64,000 nt of DNA from an uncultured Acidobacteriota bacterium. Lineage in GTDB: Bacteria; Acidobacteriota; Thermoanaerobaculia; UBA5066. Location of the stretch: NCBI GenBank assembly GCA_963779415.1, contig CAVZYA010000002.1, positions 1,664,001 through 1,728,000 of the forward strand, in the 5' to 3' direction. Position numbers and translations under genes: made by a program. This document shows positions 34,555 to 43,357 of this stretch, one piece after another. The first letter of the stretch is position 1. Each line of letters begins with the position of its first letter. Below the pieces are notes generated by a model. The model did not search any database and was not told where the DNA came from. It saw nothing but the letters and a program-made list of their open reading frames with translations.

Positions 34555-35388
34555 TCAATTGAGCCCCCACGGCACCGAGAGGAAGATCTTCGTCAGGAAG
34601 AAGTCGGAGGCGAGGACGGAGATGGAGGCGAGGACGACGGCCGTCGTCGTGGCCCGGCCCACGCCGTCGGCCCCGCCCGTCGCGTTCAGGCCGTTGTAGC
34701 AGCCGATCATGGCGATCTCGAAGCCGAAGAAGGGGGTCTTGGCAAGGCCGTGCAGGATGTCGTTGTACCGGAGCGACTGCATCACCGTGGAGAGGTAGAA
34801 GCTCGCGCCGATGTGGATCTCGGCGACGGCGATGAAAAGTCCGCCCACCATCCCGAGGAAGTCGGTCAGAACGGTCAGGAGCGGGAGCATCAGCGTGATG
34901 GCGACGACGCGGGGGAGGACGAGCTTCCGGATCGGGGAGGCGCCGAGGGCGCGCATGGCGTCCACCTGCTCGGTCACGTTCATCGACCCGAGCTCGGCGG
35001 TGATCCCGGCGCCGCAGCGCGCCGCGACCATCAGGGACGTGAGGACCGGACCCAGCTCGCGGCAGACCGAGAGGACGACGACGCGCCCGACGAAGATCTT
35101 CCCGCCGAACTGCGAGAGGGCGTAGGCCGTCTGGAGGGCGAGGACCATCCCGGTGAAGAGTGCCGTCAGGTTGGTGATGGCGATGGACTGGACGCCGAGC
35201 GCGTCCATCTGCCGGAGGATCTCGCCGGTCTCCCACTTGAGCCGGCTCTGCCGCAGCAGCTCGGACGTCATCTGGCCGAGCCCGCCGAGGTGGAACGTGA
35301 CCCGGTCGAACCAGAGCTGGATCCGCGGGAACTTCCACCAGGGAGTCCGCGCGATCAGGATGGAGGTCGTGGAGGTTGCCGGATCCAC
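34555..35388 (-). CDS. MlaE-type ABC permease
   Basis: RELGPVL, AELGSMNVTEQVDAM, GGADGVGRATT. Confidence 0.92.
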   Translation of the reverse strand: MDPATSTTSILIARTPWWKFPRIQLWFDRVTFHLGGLGQMTSELLRQSRLKWETGEILRQMDALGVQSIAITNLTALFTGMVLALQTAYALSQFGGKIFVGRVVVLSVCRELGPVLTSLMVAARCGAGITAELGSMNVTEQVDAMRALGASPIRKLVLPRVVAITLMLPLLTVLTDFLGMVGGLFIAVAEIHIGASFYLSTVMQSLRYNDILHGLAKTPFFGFEIAMIGCYNGLNATGGADGVGRATTTAVVLASISVLASDFFLTKIFLSVPWGLN

Positions 35389-35440
35389 CCGCGGATTCTA
35401 CGGGGGGCGGGCCTTTCCGCCCCCGGTAAACTCCGGGGAG

Positions 35441-36199
35441 GTGTCACGCGGCGACCGGGATCTGGCAGCGACGGTCTGGGGCTGGATCGTCATCTTCGGG
35501 GCCACCGTCGTCTTCGGGACGCTGGCGCTCCTCACGTCGTGGATCCCGCCGCGTGGGGGGCTCTTCCTCTTCTGGGCCCGTGCCTGGTCGCGCGCCCTCC
35601 TCGTCCTCTGCGGCATCCCGTTCCGGATCGAGCGCTCCGAAGGCGCCGCCACGGCGCCGCAAGCCGTCTTCATGTCGAACCACGAGTCGCTCGTCGACAT
35701 TCCGCTCCTCTTCGTCGGGATCACGCAGAGCGTCCGGGTCCTCGCGAAGCGCTCGCTCTTCTTCGTGCCGTTTCTCGGATGGTCGATGTGGCTGGCCGGG
35801 TTCGTCCCCGTCGACCGGCGGCGGACCGAGAAGGCCGCCGACGTCTTCCTCGCCCTCGAGAGGCGTGTGAAGGCCGGGAACTCGATTCTCGTTTTTCCCG
35901 AAGGGACCCGATCCCGCTCCGGCGAGCTTCAGTCTTTCAAGAAGTCGGGTTTCCTCCTCGCGATCCGGATGGGCCTGCCCATCGTGCCGGTCGCCGTCTC
36001 CGGAGCGCGGGAGGTCGTGGGGGCCGACTCGCTCTGGATCCGTCGCGTCCCTGCCGTCATCCGGTTCGGCGAACCGATTCCGACGGCCTCCTTTTCGCTC
36101 TCCGACCAGAAGGCGCTCATGGAGCGGGTGCGGGCGGAGATCCTGCGCCTGCGCCTCTCCGGGCCGCCGGCTCCGGAGAGAGGGGCGGATCGCGGATAA
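35441..36199 (+). CDS. 1-acyl-sn-glycerol-3-phosphate acyltransferase
   Basis: NHESLVD and FPEGTRS motifs. Confidence 0.9.
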   Translation: MSRGDRDLAATVWGWIVIFGATVVFGTLALLTSWIPPRGGLFLFWARAWSRALLVLCGIPFRIERSEGAATAPQAVFMSNHESLVDIPLLFVGITQSVRVLAKRSLFFVPFLGWSMWLAGFVPVDRRRTEKAADVFLALERRVKAGNSILVFPEGTRSRSGELQSFKKSGFLLAIRMGLPIVPVAVSGAREVVGADSLWIRRVPAVIRFGEPIPTASFSLSDQKALMERVRAEILRLRLSGPPAPERGADRG

Positions 36200-36222
36200 T
36201 CCACGCGGCAGGAGGTGGCGGG

Positions 36223-37347
36223 ATGTCCGGAGCGGAGATACTCGCCCGGGCCCGACTCGAGAAGCTGTTCGCACCGGCGGGGATCGGGCTGGACGGAAGC
36301 GCGCCTCACGACTTCCGCGTCCACGACGAACGCGTGTTTACGCGCGTCCTTTCGGGCGGTTCCCTCGCCCTCGGCGAGAGCTACATGGACGGCTGGTGGA
36401 GCTGCGAGCGGCTCGACGCGTTCTTCGCCCGCGTCCTCGCCGCTGGCCTCGACCGGACGGCGGAGCCGGCGGCGAGCGGGGTGCGGAGGCTCGGGGCCCT
36501 TCTCTTCCCGCTCGGGCGCCGGTCGAAAGCTTTCGTCATCGGCGAGCGCCACTACGACCTCGGCAACGAACTGTTCGAGGCGATGCTCGACCGCCGGATG
36601 ATCTACTCCTGCGCCTACTGGGACCGGGCGGCGACGCTCGACGAGGCGCAGGAGCGGAAGCTCGATCTCGTCTGCCGGAAGCTGAGACTCGAGAAGGGCC
36701 AGCGCCTCCTCGACATCGGCTGCGGATGGGGCGGCCTCGCGCGCTTCGCCGCCGAGCGGTACGGAGTCTCCGTCGTCGGGATCACCGTCTCGAAGGAGCA
36801 GGCGGCCTTCGGGGCCGAGCACGTGCGCGGCCTCCCGGTCGATATCCGTCTGGAGGACTACCGGGATCTCACGGGGAACTTCGACGCCGTCGCCTCGCTC
36901 GGGATGTTCGAGCACGTCGGCCCGCGCCACCACCGCACCTTCTTGGAGGTCGTCCGGCGGTGCCTCGGTGAAAACGGGCTCTTCCTGCTGCACACCATCG
37001 GGAATCTCGAGACGACGCCTGACCCCGACCCATGGATCCTGAAGTACATCTTTCCCGAGAGCCACGTCCCTTCTCTGGCGCAGATCGTCCGCGCCGCCGA
37101 AGGCCTGTTTCTCGTCGAGGACGTCCACAACTTCGGGGCCTTCTACGACCCGACGCTCATGGCGTGGCACGCCAACGTCGAGGCTCGCCGCTCCTCGCTC
37201 CCGGCCCGGTACGACGAGCGCTTCTTCCGGATGTGGCGCTACTACCTTCTCTCCTGCGCCGGCTCCTTCCGGGCGCGGCACGACCAGCTCTTCCAGGTCG
37301 TCCTCTCGCCCCGCGGCGTCCCCGGCGGGTTCACGCCGGTCCGCTGA
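36223..37347 (+). CDS. cfa: cyclopropane-fatty-acyl-phospholipid synthase
   Basis: LGESYMDGWW, HYDLGN, YSCAYW, LDIGCGWG, GMFEHVG, RMWRYYL. Confidence 0.93.
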   Translation: MSGAEILARARLEKLFAPAGIGLDGSAPHDFRVHDERVFTRVLSGGSLALGESYMDGWWSCERLDAFFARVLAAGLDRTAEPAASGVRRLGALLFPLGRRSKAFVIGERHYDLGNELFEAMLDRRMIYSCAYWDRAATLDEAQERKLDLVCRKLRLEKGQRLLDIGCGWGGLARFAAERYGVSVVGITVSKEQAAFGAEHVRGLPVDIRLEDYRDLTGNFDAVASLGMFEHVGPRHHRTFLEVVRRCLGENGLFLLHTIGNLETTPDPDPWILKYIFPESHVPSLAQIVRAAEGLFLVEDVHNFGAFYDPTLMAWHANVEARRSSLPARYDERFFRMWRYYLLSCAGSFRARHDQLFQVVLSPRGVPGGFTPVR

Positions 37348-37396
37348 GGCCGCTCGCCGCGCCATCTGTGCGACGATCCCCGGCGGAGGAGCCTGC

Positions 37397-38458
37397 GTGG
37401 TGATGGAGAAGCTGACGGCAGAGACGGCCCTCGAGGCGTTGAAGGGGGTCAAGTACCCCGGTTTTTCCCGCGACATCGTGTCGTTCGGGTTCGTGAGGGA
37501 ACTGGCGGTGGGGGGCGGCAACGTCTCCTTCCGGCTCGCCCTGACGGCCGACGCGCCCGCCGTGGCCGAGCAGATCCGGTCCGAGTGCGACGCGGTCCTC
37601 CGGAATCTTCCGGGCGTCACGAGCGTGACGATCTCCGTCGTGCCGGCGCCGCCGCGGCCGGCGGTCGTCGCGGGGGGCGCCGAGGCCGCCCCGAACGTCC
37701 TTCCCCAGACGCGCTTCACGGTCGCCGTCGCGTCCGGGAAGGGGGGCGTCGGGAAATCGACCGTCGCTGCGAACCTCGCCATCGCCCTCGCGAAAAAGGG
37801 GTACGAGGTGGGCCTTCTCGACTGCGACATCTACGGGCCCTCGCAGCAGATGATGATGGGAATCACGACGAGGCCCTTCGTCAACGAGGAGGAGAAGATC
37901 CTCCCGATCGCCAAGCACGGCGTTCGCGTCATGTCGATCGGCTTTCTGATGGACGTCGACACGCCCGTCATCTGGCGCGGGCCGATGATCTACAAGGCGA
38001 TCGAGCAGTTTCTCGGCGACGTGGCGTGGGGGAAACAGGACTTTCTCGTCATCGACCTGCCTCCCGGGACGGGCGACGCCCAGCTCACGCTGACGCAGAA
38101 GGTGGCGCTCTCCGGCGCGGTGATCGTGACGACGCCCCAGGACGTGGCGCTCATCGACGCGCGGAAGGGGCTCGCGATGTTCCAGAAGGTGAACGTCGAC
38201 GTCCTCGGCGTCGTCGAGAACATGAGCTACTACGAGTGCCCGAAGTGCGGGCATCGCGAGGAGATCTTCAAGCACGGCGGTGGGAAGGCGACGGCCGAGG
38301 GCCTCGGCGTTCCCTTCCTCGGAGAGATCCCGCTCGACCCGCGCGTCGCCGTTCAGGGGGACGCGGGAACCCCCATCGTCGCGGCCGAGCCCGACTCCGT
38401 CGTCGCGAAGGCCTTTTTCCGCCTCGCCGATCAGGTCGCGAAGGCCGTCGGGGCGTGA
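37397..38458 (+). CDS. mrp: Mrp/ApbC Fe-S cluster carrier ATPase
   Basis: SGKGGVGKST, DCDIYGPS, WRGPM, DLPPGTGD, ENMSYYECPKC. Confidence 0.93.
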   Translation: MVMEKLTAETALEALKGVKYPGFSRDIVSFGFVRELAVGGGNVSFRLALTADAPAVAEQIRSECDAVLRNLPGVTSVTISVVPAPPRPAVVAGGAEAAPNVLPQTRFTVAVASGKGGVGKSTVAANLAIALAKKGYEVGLLDCDIYGPSQQMMMGITTRPFVNEEEKILPIAKHGVRVMSIGFLMDVDTPVIWRGPMIYKAIEQFLGDVAWGKQDFLVIDLPPGTGDAQLTLTQKVALSGAVIVTTPQDVALIDARKGLAMFQKVNVDVLGVVENMSYYECPKCGHREEIFKHGGGKATAEGLGVPFLGEIPLDPRVAVQGDAGTPIVAAEPDSVVAKAFFRLADQVAKAVGA

Positions 38459-38488
38459 GGGGGCGACTCCGGAGGAGTCACCTCACGC
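38453..38488. terminator. hairpin between convergent genes
   Basis: GCGTGAGG..GACTCC-GGA-GGAGTC..CCTCACGC. Confidence 0.45.
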
Positions 38489-39002
38489 GTTGAAAGGGCC
38501 CGCCGAGATCAAACCGCCGTAGGGAATGTCCTGCCGGCGCAGGGTGCGGCTGGGGGAACGGCGGCGACCACGGGCGAGAGGCTCGCCGCGGCCCGGATCT
38601 CCTGACGGCGGGATGCGAGGCGGAACGCTGGCGGTGTCCGCTTCGTCCCGGATATCCCCCGTACCACGCCGGGACATCCATCGGCACGTAAGCCGAAGGC
38701 GGCTCGTCGACGGCCTCCGGCCCGGCCTCCGGTTCGGTCGCCGTTTCCTCCGTTTCCCGTTCGACCGGCGGAACGTACCTGCTCGAGCTTCGGGGCACGG
38801 TCGTCTCGACCGCCGAGAACCCGCCGACGGCCTTCCGGCCCTCCTTGCGTTCCCGCGCGACGTCCGACAAGGTGCGGGGCTCCGTGCTGACCGGAGCGCC
38901 GCCTTCGCCCGTGAAGTTCAGTTCGACCACGGGCGGCGGAACCGCATCGATCACCGCGAGGAGTGCAAGGGCCATCAGCATGATCGGTCCCTTCCCGACC
39001 AC
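38478..39002 (-). CDS. hypothetical secreted low-complexity protein
   Basis: hydrophobic leader, acidic then Pro/Arg-rich tail. Confidence 0.5.
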   Translation of the reverse strand: MVGKGPIMLMALALLAVIDAVPPPVVELNFTGEGGAPVSTEPRTLSDVARERKEGRKAVGGFSAVETTVPRSSSRYVPPVERETEETATEPEAGPEAVDEPPSAYVPMDVPAWYGGYPGRSGHRQRSASHPAVRRSGPRRASRPWSPPFPQPHPAPAGHSLRRFDLGGPFQRVR

Positions 39003-39053
39003 CTAGGATAGAACACCGTGCCCTTCGCGGCCGGAGCGCCCGCCGGCGGCGCC

Positions 39054-41648
39054 TCACGTCCCGATCCGCTCGATCCTGAGGATGGGGCCGTCCGGCGCCG
39101 CCGAGTCCCGGAGGTCGATTCCGGCGAAGATGGCCCACGTCTGATCGCCCTTCGGATCGAGGAGAGTCTGGGTGACCTCCCAGCGGCGCGGGCCCGCGGG
39201 TCTCAGATTCGTCCAGTGGTGGAGCCGCGCCTCGGTCCCCGAGACGAGCTCGCCGTACTCGTCGAAGAACGGGGTCATGGCGCTCTCGAAGCGCTCCGCG
39301 TCCCAGCGGATCCCGGCATCCTCCGCCGCCTCGTCAGTCTCCGGACTCTGCCAGACGCGCTCGGCCGCCTCTTCCCAGTCCCTCGCCGCGAGGGCGCGGA
39401 CGAGGAGATGCATCTCCGCCCGCACCCTTGCCGCGAAGACTTTCGGATTCGAGAGAAGCTCCGTGAGCCACGCGGCTTCCTTCCTGGCCTCCGGCTGGCG
39501 GGCCTCCGTCAGCAGAAGCTCCGGATGGCGAAGGCTCTCCCATTCCTCGAGGAGGCTCGCGTCCGTCTCGCCGACGAGCGACCGGAAGAACCCGAGCGCA
39601 TCCCAGAGCTCGTCGGTCTTCGCGCCTTCGGGGACCGTCTGGTCCAGGGTCTTGTAGAGCTGCGAGAGGTATCGGAGGAGAACGCCCTCGCTTCTCTCCA
39701 GGCCGTAGATCTTCACGTAGTCGGCAAAGCCGCTGAATGTCTCGAACATCTCGCGTCCGATCGATTTCGGGCTCACGTCCGACCCCGCAGTCCAGGGGTG
39801 CGCAGCGCGGAAATCGTTGAAGGCGCCGTAAAGGAAGTCGGCCAGCGGTTTCGGGTGGGTCACCTCCTCGAGGCGCTCCATCCGCTCCTCGTAAGGAACC
39901 CCCTCGGCTTTCAGCTCCGCGATGAGCTTTCCTTTGGCCCGGTCCACCTGTCTCCTCAGGATCACGTCCGGATCCTCGAGGATCGACTCCACGACGCTGA
40001 TGGCGTCCACCGCGTATGTCGGCGAGGCCGGATCCAGCTCCTCGAGGGCGGCCCACGCGAAGAGCGAGAGGGCCTGGTGCAGGGAGAAGTCCCACTGGAG
40101 GTCCTTCGCCACGGCGACCCGATAAGGCCTCTCGCCCGCGAGGCCGATGATCTTCGCCCGGTAGAGCGACCGGACGAGCAGGGCCGCGTGCTTCACGAGG
40201 CGCGGCTTCGCGGCGTCTTCCTCGTGGCACCGCGCGATGAGAGAGCGCAACGACGAAAAGTTCCGGAATCCCGAGCGCCCCCCGACCATTTCGTCGCGCT
40301 GGAGGAGATCCAGCACCATCCCGTGGGTCAGCCGGAACCGTGACTTCATGGTCTCCGGTGGGCGCGAGATCAGCTTCCGGAACGTCTCGATGGTCCAGGA
40401 GACCTCGCCTTTGGCGGGGCCCTTGAACGTCCGGGAGGTCTTCTTCCCCGAGGCGTCCGCCTTCTTTTCCGCCTGCCTCTTGTCGACGATGTGCTCGGGC
40501 GCCTGAGCGACGACGCTCCCGCGGTCGTCGAACCCGCGGCGCCCGGCGCGTCCCGAGATCTGCTTGAACTCGCGGACGGAGAGGAGCCCCACCTTCGTCC
40601 CGTCGAACTTCGCGAGCTTCGTGAAGAGGACGGTGCGGATCGGGATGTTCACGCCGACGCCCAGCGTGTCGGTGCCGCAGATGACGTGAAGGAGCCCCTT
40701 TTGCGCGAGCTGCTCGACGAGGAGGCGGTACTTCGGCAGGAGGCCGGCGTGGTGGACCCCGATTCCGAACGAGAGGAATCTCCGGAACTCCTTGCCGTAG
40801 GGGGTCGCGAGACGCCTTTCTCCCACGATCTTCCGGATCTCGTCCCGCTCCTCCTTGCTCCCGATCTTCACGCTCGTGAGCGACTGCGCCAGCTCCGCGC
40901 ACTCCCTCTGCGTGAAGTTCACAACGTAGACGGGGCTCTTCCTCTGCGCGAGGAGGTCCTCGATCGTCTCGTGGAGCGGCGTCTCGCGGTACTCGTAGTC
41001 GAGCGGGACGGGGCGGTTCTCGGAGGTGACGGTCGCGACTTCACGCCCCGTGAAGGCCGTGAGGCGCTCGGCGATCTCGCTCGTCTCTCCGAGCGTCGCC
41101 GACATGAGTAGGAACTGCGTCCTCGGCAGGACGAGGAGCGGCACCTGCCAGGCCACGCCGCGCTCCTTGTCCCCGTAATAGTGGAACTCGTCCATCACGA
41201 CATAGGGGGCCGCGAGCTCCTCCCCGAGCCGGAGCGCCATGTTCGAGAGGACCTCCGCCGTGCAGCAGACGACGCCCGCCTCCGCGTTGATGCTCGCGTC
41301 GCCGGTCAGCATCCCGACGTTCTCGGGGCCGAACTCCCCGCAGAGAGAGAAGAACTTCTCGCTCGCGAGGGCCTTGATCGGGCTCGTGTAGAACGACTCC
41401 CGTCCCTCGCAGAGCGCCTTGAAGTGGAGGCCCAGGGCCACGAGTGACTTTCCGGAGCCCGTCGGCGTCGCGAGGACGACGTGCTTTCCGGCCATGATCT
41501 CGAGCAGCGCCTCCTCCTGGGCGGGGTAGAGCATCAGGCCGGTGTCGGAGACCCAGTCGAGGAAGAGCCCCAGGATCTCGTCGGCGTCTGTCGTCCCCGA
41601 GGGCGGGACCCGGTCCGCAAGCGGAGCGATCGTCGGCATCCGGGGCAT
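39054..41648 (-). CDS. Ski2/HelY-like DEAH helicase with DUF3516-type C-terminus
   Basis: PTGSGKS, DEFH, MSAT, HHAG, TLGVGVN, QISGRAGRRG. Confidence 0.9.
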   Translation of the reverse strand: MPRMPTIAPLADRVPPSGTTDADEILGLFLDWVSDTGLMLYPAQEEALLEIMAGKHVVLATPTGSGKSLVALGLHFKALCEGRESFYTSPIKALASEKFFSLCGEFGPENVGMLTGDASINAEAGVVCCTAEVLSNMALRLGEELAAPYVVMDEFHYYGDKERGVAWQVPLLVLPRTQFLLMSATLGETSEIAERLTAFTGREVATVTSENRPVPLDYEYRETPLHETIEDLLAQRKSPVYVVNFTQRECAELAQSLTSVKIGSKEERDEIRKIVGERRLATPYGKEFRRFLSFGIGVHHAGLLPKYRLLVEQLAQKGLLHVICGTDTLGVGVNIPIRTVLFTKLAKFDGTKVGLLSVREFKQISGRAGRRGFDDRGSVVAQAPEHIVDKRQAEKKADASGKKTSRTFKGPAKGEVSWTIETFRKLISRPPETMKSRFRLTHGMVLDLLQRDEMVGGRSGFRNFSSLRSLIARCHEEDAAKPRLVKHAALLVRSLYRAKIIGLAGERPYRVAVAKDLQWDFSLHQALSLFAWAALEELDPASPTYAVDAISVVESILEDPDVILRRQVDRAKGKLIAELKAEGVPYEERMERLEEVTHPKPLADFLYGAFNDFRAAHPWTAGSDVSPKSIGREMFETFSGFADYVKIYGLERSEGVLLRYLSQLYKTLDQTVPEGAKTDELWDALGFFRSLVGETDASLLEEWESLRHPELLLTEARQPEARKEAAWLTELLSNPKVFAARVRAEMHLLVRALAARDWEEAAERVWQSPETDEAAEDAGIRWDAERFESAMTPFFDEYGELVSGTEARLHHWTNLRPAGPRRWEVTQTLLDPKGDQTWAIFAGIDLRDSAAPDGPILRIERIGT

Positions 41649-41733
41649 TGTTCCATGCGGACGCGTGACCCCGATTTCGCCTGCTGCGGGCGCCGGCTCC
41701 GATACACTCGATCGGCGGACGCGAGCGAATCGG

Positions 41734-42615
41734 ATGGGACAGCCCTACTGGAACGACATCTCCCATCACATCGGTTCACCGATCGAAGAGGCCTTCTGGC
41801 TCAGCCACCCGCTCGTCCGCGAACGGGTCTACCGGCGTGTCTCCGGCGACGGAAACACGTCGCCTACGGATTGGTTACGGCAGAAGATCACCCCCCGGCT
41901 CCCGTTGGAGCGGTGTCTCAGCATCGGATGCGGGACCGGTCATCTCGAGCGTGACCTCGTATGGAAAAGGATCGCCTCCCGAATCGTCGGAATAGACGTC
42001 GTCGACGAACCGCTCGATTACGCGCGCCAGGAGACCGCGCGGGTGGGGCTCACCCCGTCGCAGGTCGACTTCGTCAAGGCCGAAGCGAGGGAATTCCTGC
42101 CGACGCAGTCGAATCTGGACGCGATCTTCTTTCTCGGTTCGCTCCACCACTTCGACCGGCTCGATGACCTCATGACCCGCGTCTCCGCGGCACTTCGCCT
42201 CGGTGGCCTGCTCTACGTCGACGAGTATCTCGGTCCATCGATGCACGAATGGAACTGGCGGTCGCTCTTTCTGGCCAACCTGTTCCACAACCTCCTGTCC
42301 TGGAATGTCCGGCGCGTGGGTCTCGTTCGCGCACCCCGGAACCCGGACGACCCGACCGAGATGATCTGTTCGAGCGAGATCCGTCAGGCGATCCAGAGGC
42401 ATTTCCGCGTCGAATCGACTCGCGACTATGGCGGGAACCTCGTCTCCCTCATCTACCCCAATCTCCGGAGGCCGTCGCCGGAGAGGTCGCGGCCGACGCG
42501 TCAGCAGTTCGATCGGGCCGTGCGGTTTCTTCTCGATTGCGAAGAGCTTCTCCTGCGCTACGGCCGCTTCGTCGGCGTCCAGTCGTTCCATTCGGTCATC
42601 CTCGCGACGCCGTGA
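41734..42615 (+). CDS. class I SAM-dependent methyltransferase
   Basis: LSIGCGTG, GIDV, SLHH, GGLLYVDEY. Confidence 0.85.
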   Translation: MGQPYWNDISHHIGSPIEEAFWLSHPLVRERVYRRVSGDGNTSPTDWLRQKITPRLPLERCLSIGCGTGHLERDLVWKRIASRIVGIDVVDEPLDYARQETARVGLTPSQVDFVKAEAREFLPTQSNLDAIFFLGSLHHFDRLDDLMTRVSAALRLGGLLYVDEYLGPSMHEWNWRSLFLANLFHNLLSWNVRRVGLVRAPRNPDDPTEMICSSEIRQAIQRHFRVESTRDYGGNLVSLIYPNLRRPSPERSRPTRQQFDRAVRFLLDCEELLLRYGRFVGVQSFHSVILATP

Positions 42616-42639
42616 GGCTTCCCAACCGGGAGGATGGCC

Positions 42640-42713
42640 CCTCACCACCCGATCCCGTAGTCCTCCCCGTGGTCGCTGGAGCCGCCCCAGAGGGTGCCGT
42701 GGGCGCGGTCGAT
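42640..42713. repeat. 74-bp duplicate of the ggt 3' end (direct repeat of 43356-43429)
   Basis: 73/74 identical; on the minus strand it encodes IDRAHGTLWGGSSDHGEDYGIGW*. Confidence 0.95.
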
Positions 42714-42764
42714 CATTTCTTATTGAAATAATTAGCCGGCCGTGAGAGCCTGAAGCCGGGCGCG

Positions 42765-43031
42765 ATGGACTTCAGATGGAACGACTGGAACCTGACGCAT
42801 GTCGCAGAGCATGGTGTCGATCCCGCAGAAGCCGAGGAGGCCGTTGAGTCGGCCGATTCTTCCTGGCCTCGGTACCGGGGGGACGGAAAGTGGCTCGTAT
42901 GGGGGCGTGGACGGGGCGATCGGCTGTTGCAAGTCGTGTTCGTCCTCGACGCCGACGACACGCTCTTCATCATCCATGCACGGCCGTTGACCGACAGGGA
43001 GAGGCGGAGATTCCGGAGACAAGAGCGATGA
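42765..43031 (+). CDS. BrnT-like toxin
   Basis: FRWNDWN..HVAEHGV..AEAEE, LQVVFV, IIHARPLT..ERR pattern. Confidence 0.8.
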   Translation: MDFRWNDWNLTHVAEHGVDPAEAEEAVESADSSWPRYRGDGKWLVWGRGRGDRLLQVVFVLDADDTLFIIHARPLTDRERRRFRRQER

Positions 43032-43345
43032 AGCGCAAACGACCCGCCACCGATTTTCCGCGTATGACAGCGACCGAACTGCGAGCGGCAACGAAGGAAT
43101 TCGACCGTGAGATGGTGGTGGATGAGTTCCACCCTCTCTCGCCGGACGAGCGGGCCCGGTGGGAGAGTGCTCGCCGGAAGCCGGGGCGGCCACGCCGGGG
43201 AGCGGGAGCGAAGGTCATCTCGGTGAGCGTGGAGCGACGACTCCTCGTCCGCTCGGATGCTCTGGCGAAAAACCTCGGGATCACCCGCGCGTCGCTCGTG
43301 GAGCGCGGCCTGAAAGCCGTCCTCGCCGCAGAGGGAAAGCTCTAA
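43028..43345 (+). CDS. cognate antitoxin with C-terminal ribbon-helix-helix
   Basis: ATGA overlap with the toxin; GRP..GAGAKVISVSVE..LL...DALAK..GITRASLV. Confidence 0.75.
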   Translation: MKRKRPATDFPRMTATELRAATKEFDREMVVDEFHPLSPDERARWESARRKPGRPRRGAGAKVISVSVERRLLVRSDALAKNLGITRASLVERGLKAVLAAEGKL

Positions 43346-43357
43346 GGGCTTCCGGCC

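Noticed and set aside
33743-35338. 531-aa ORF suggesting an MlaE-MlaF fusion (likewise 29196-31373 for ugd-uxs)
   Set aside because: The upstream extension is an off-frame read of the neighbouring gene; each gene has its own start and stop
39054-42615. Helicase plus methyltransferase plus TA as a defence system
   Set aside because: The helicase is a HelY-like housekeeping type, the methyltransferase lacks DNA-MTase motifs, and the two genes are divergent
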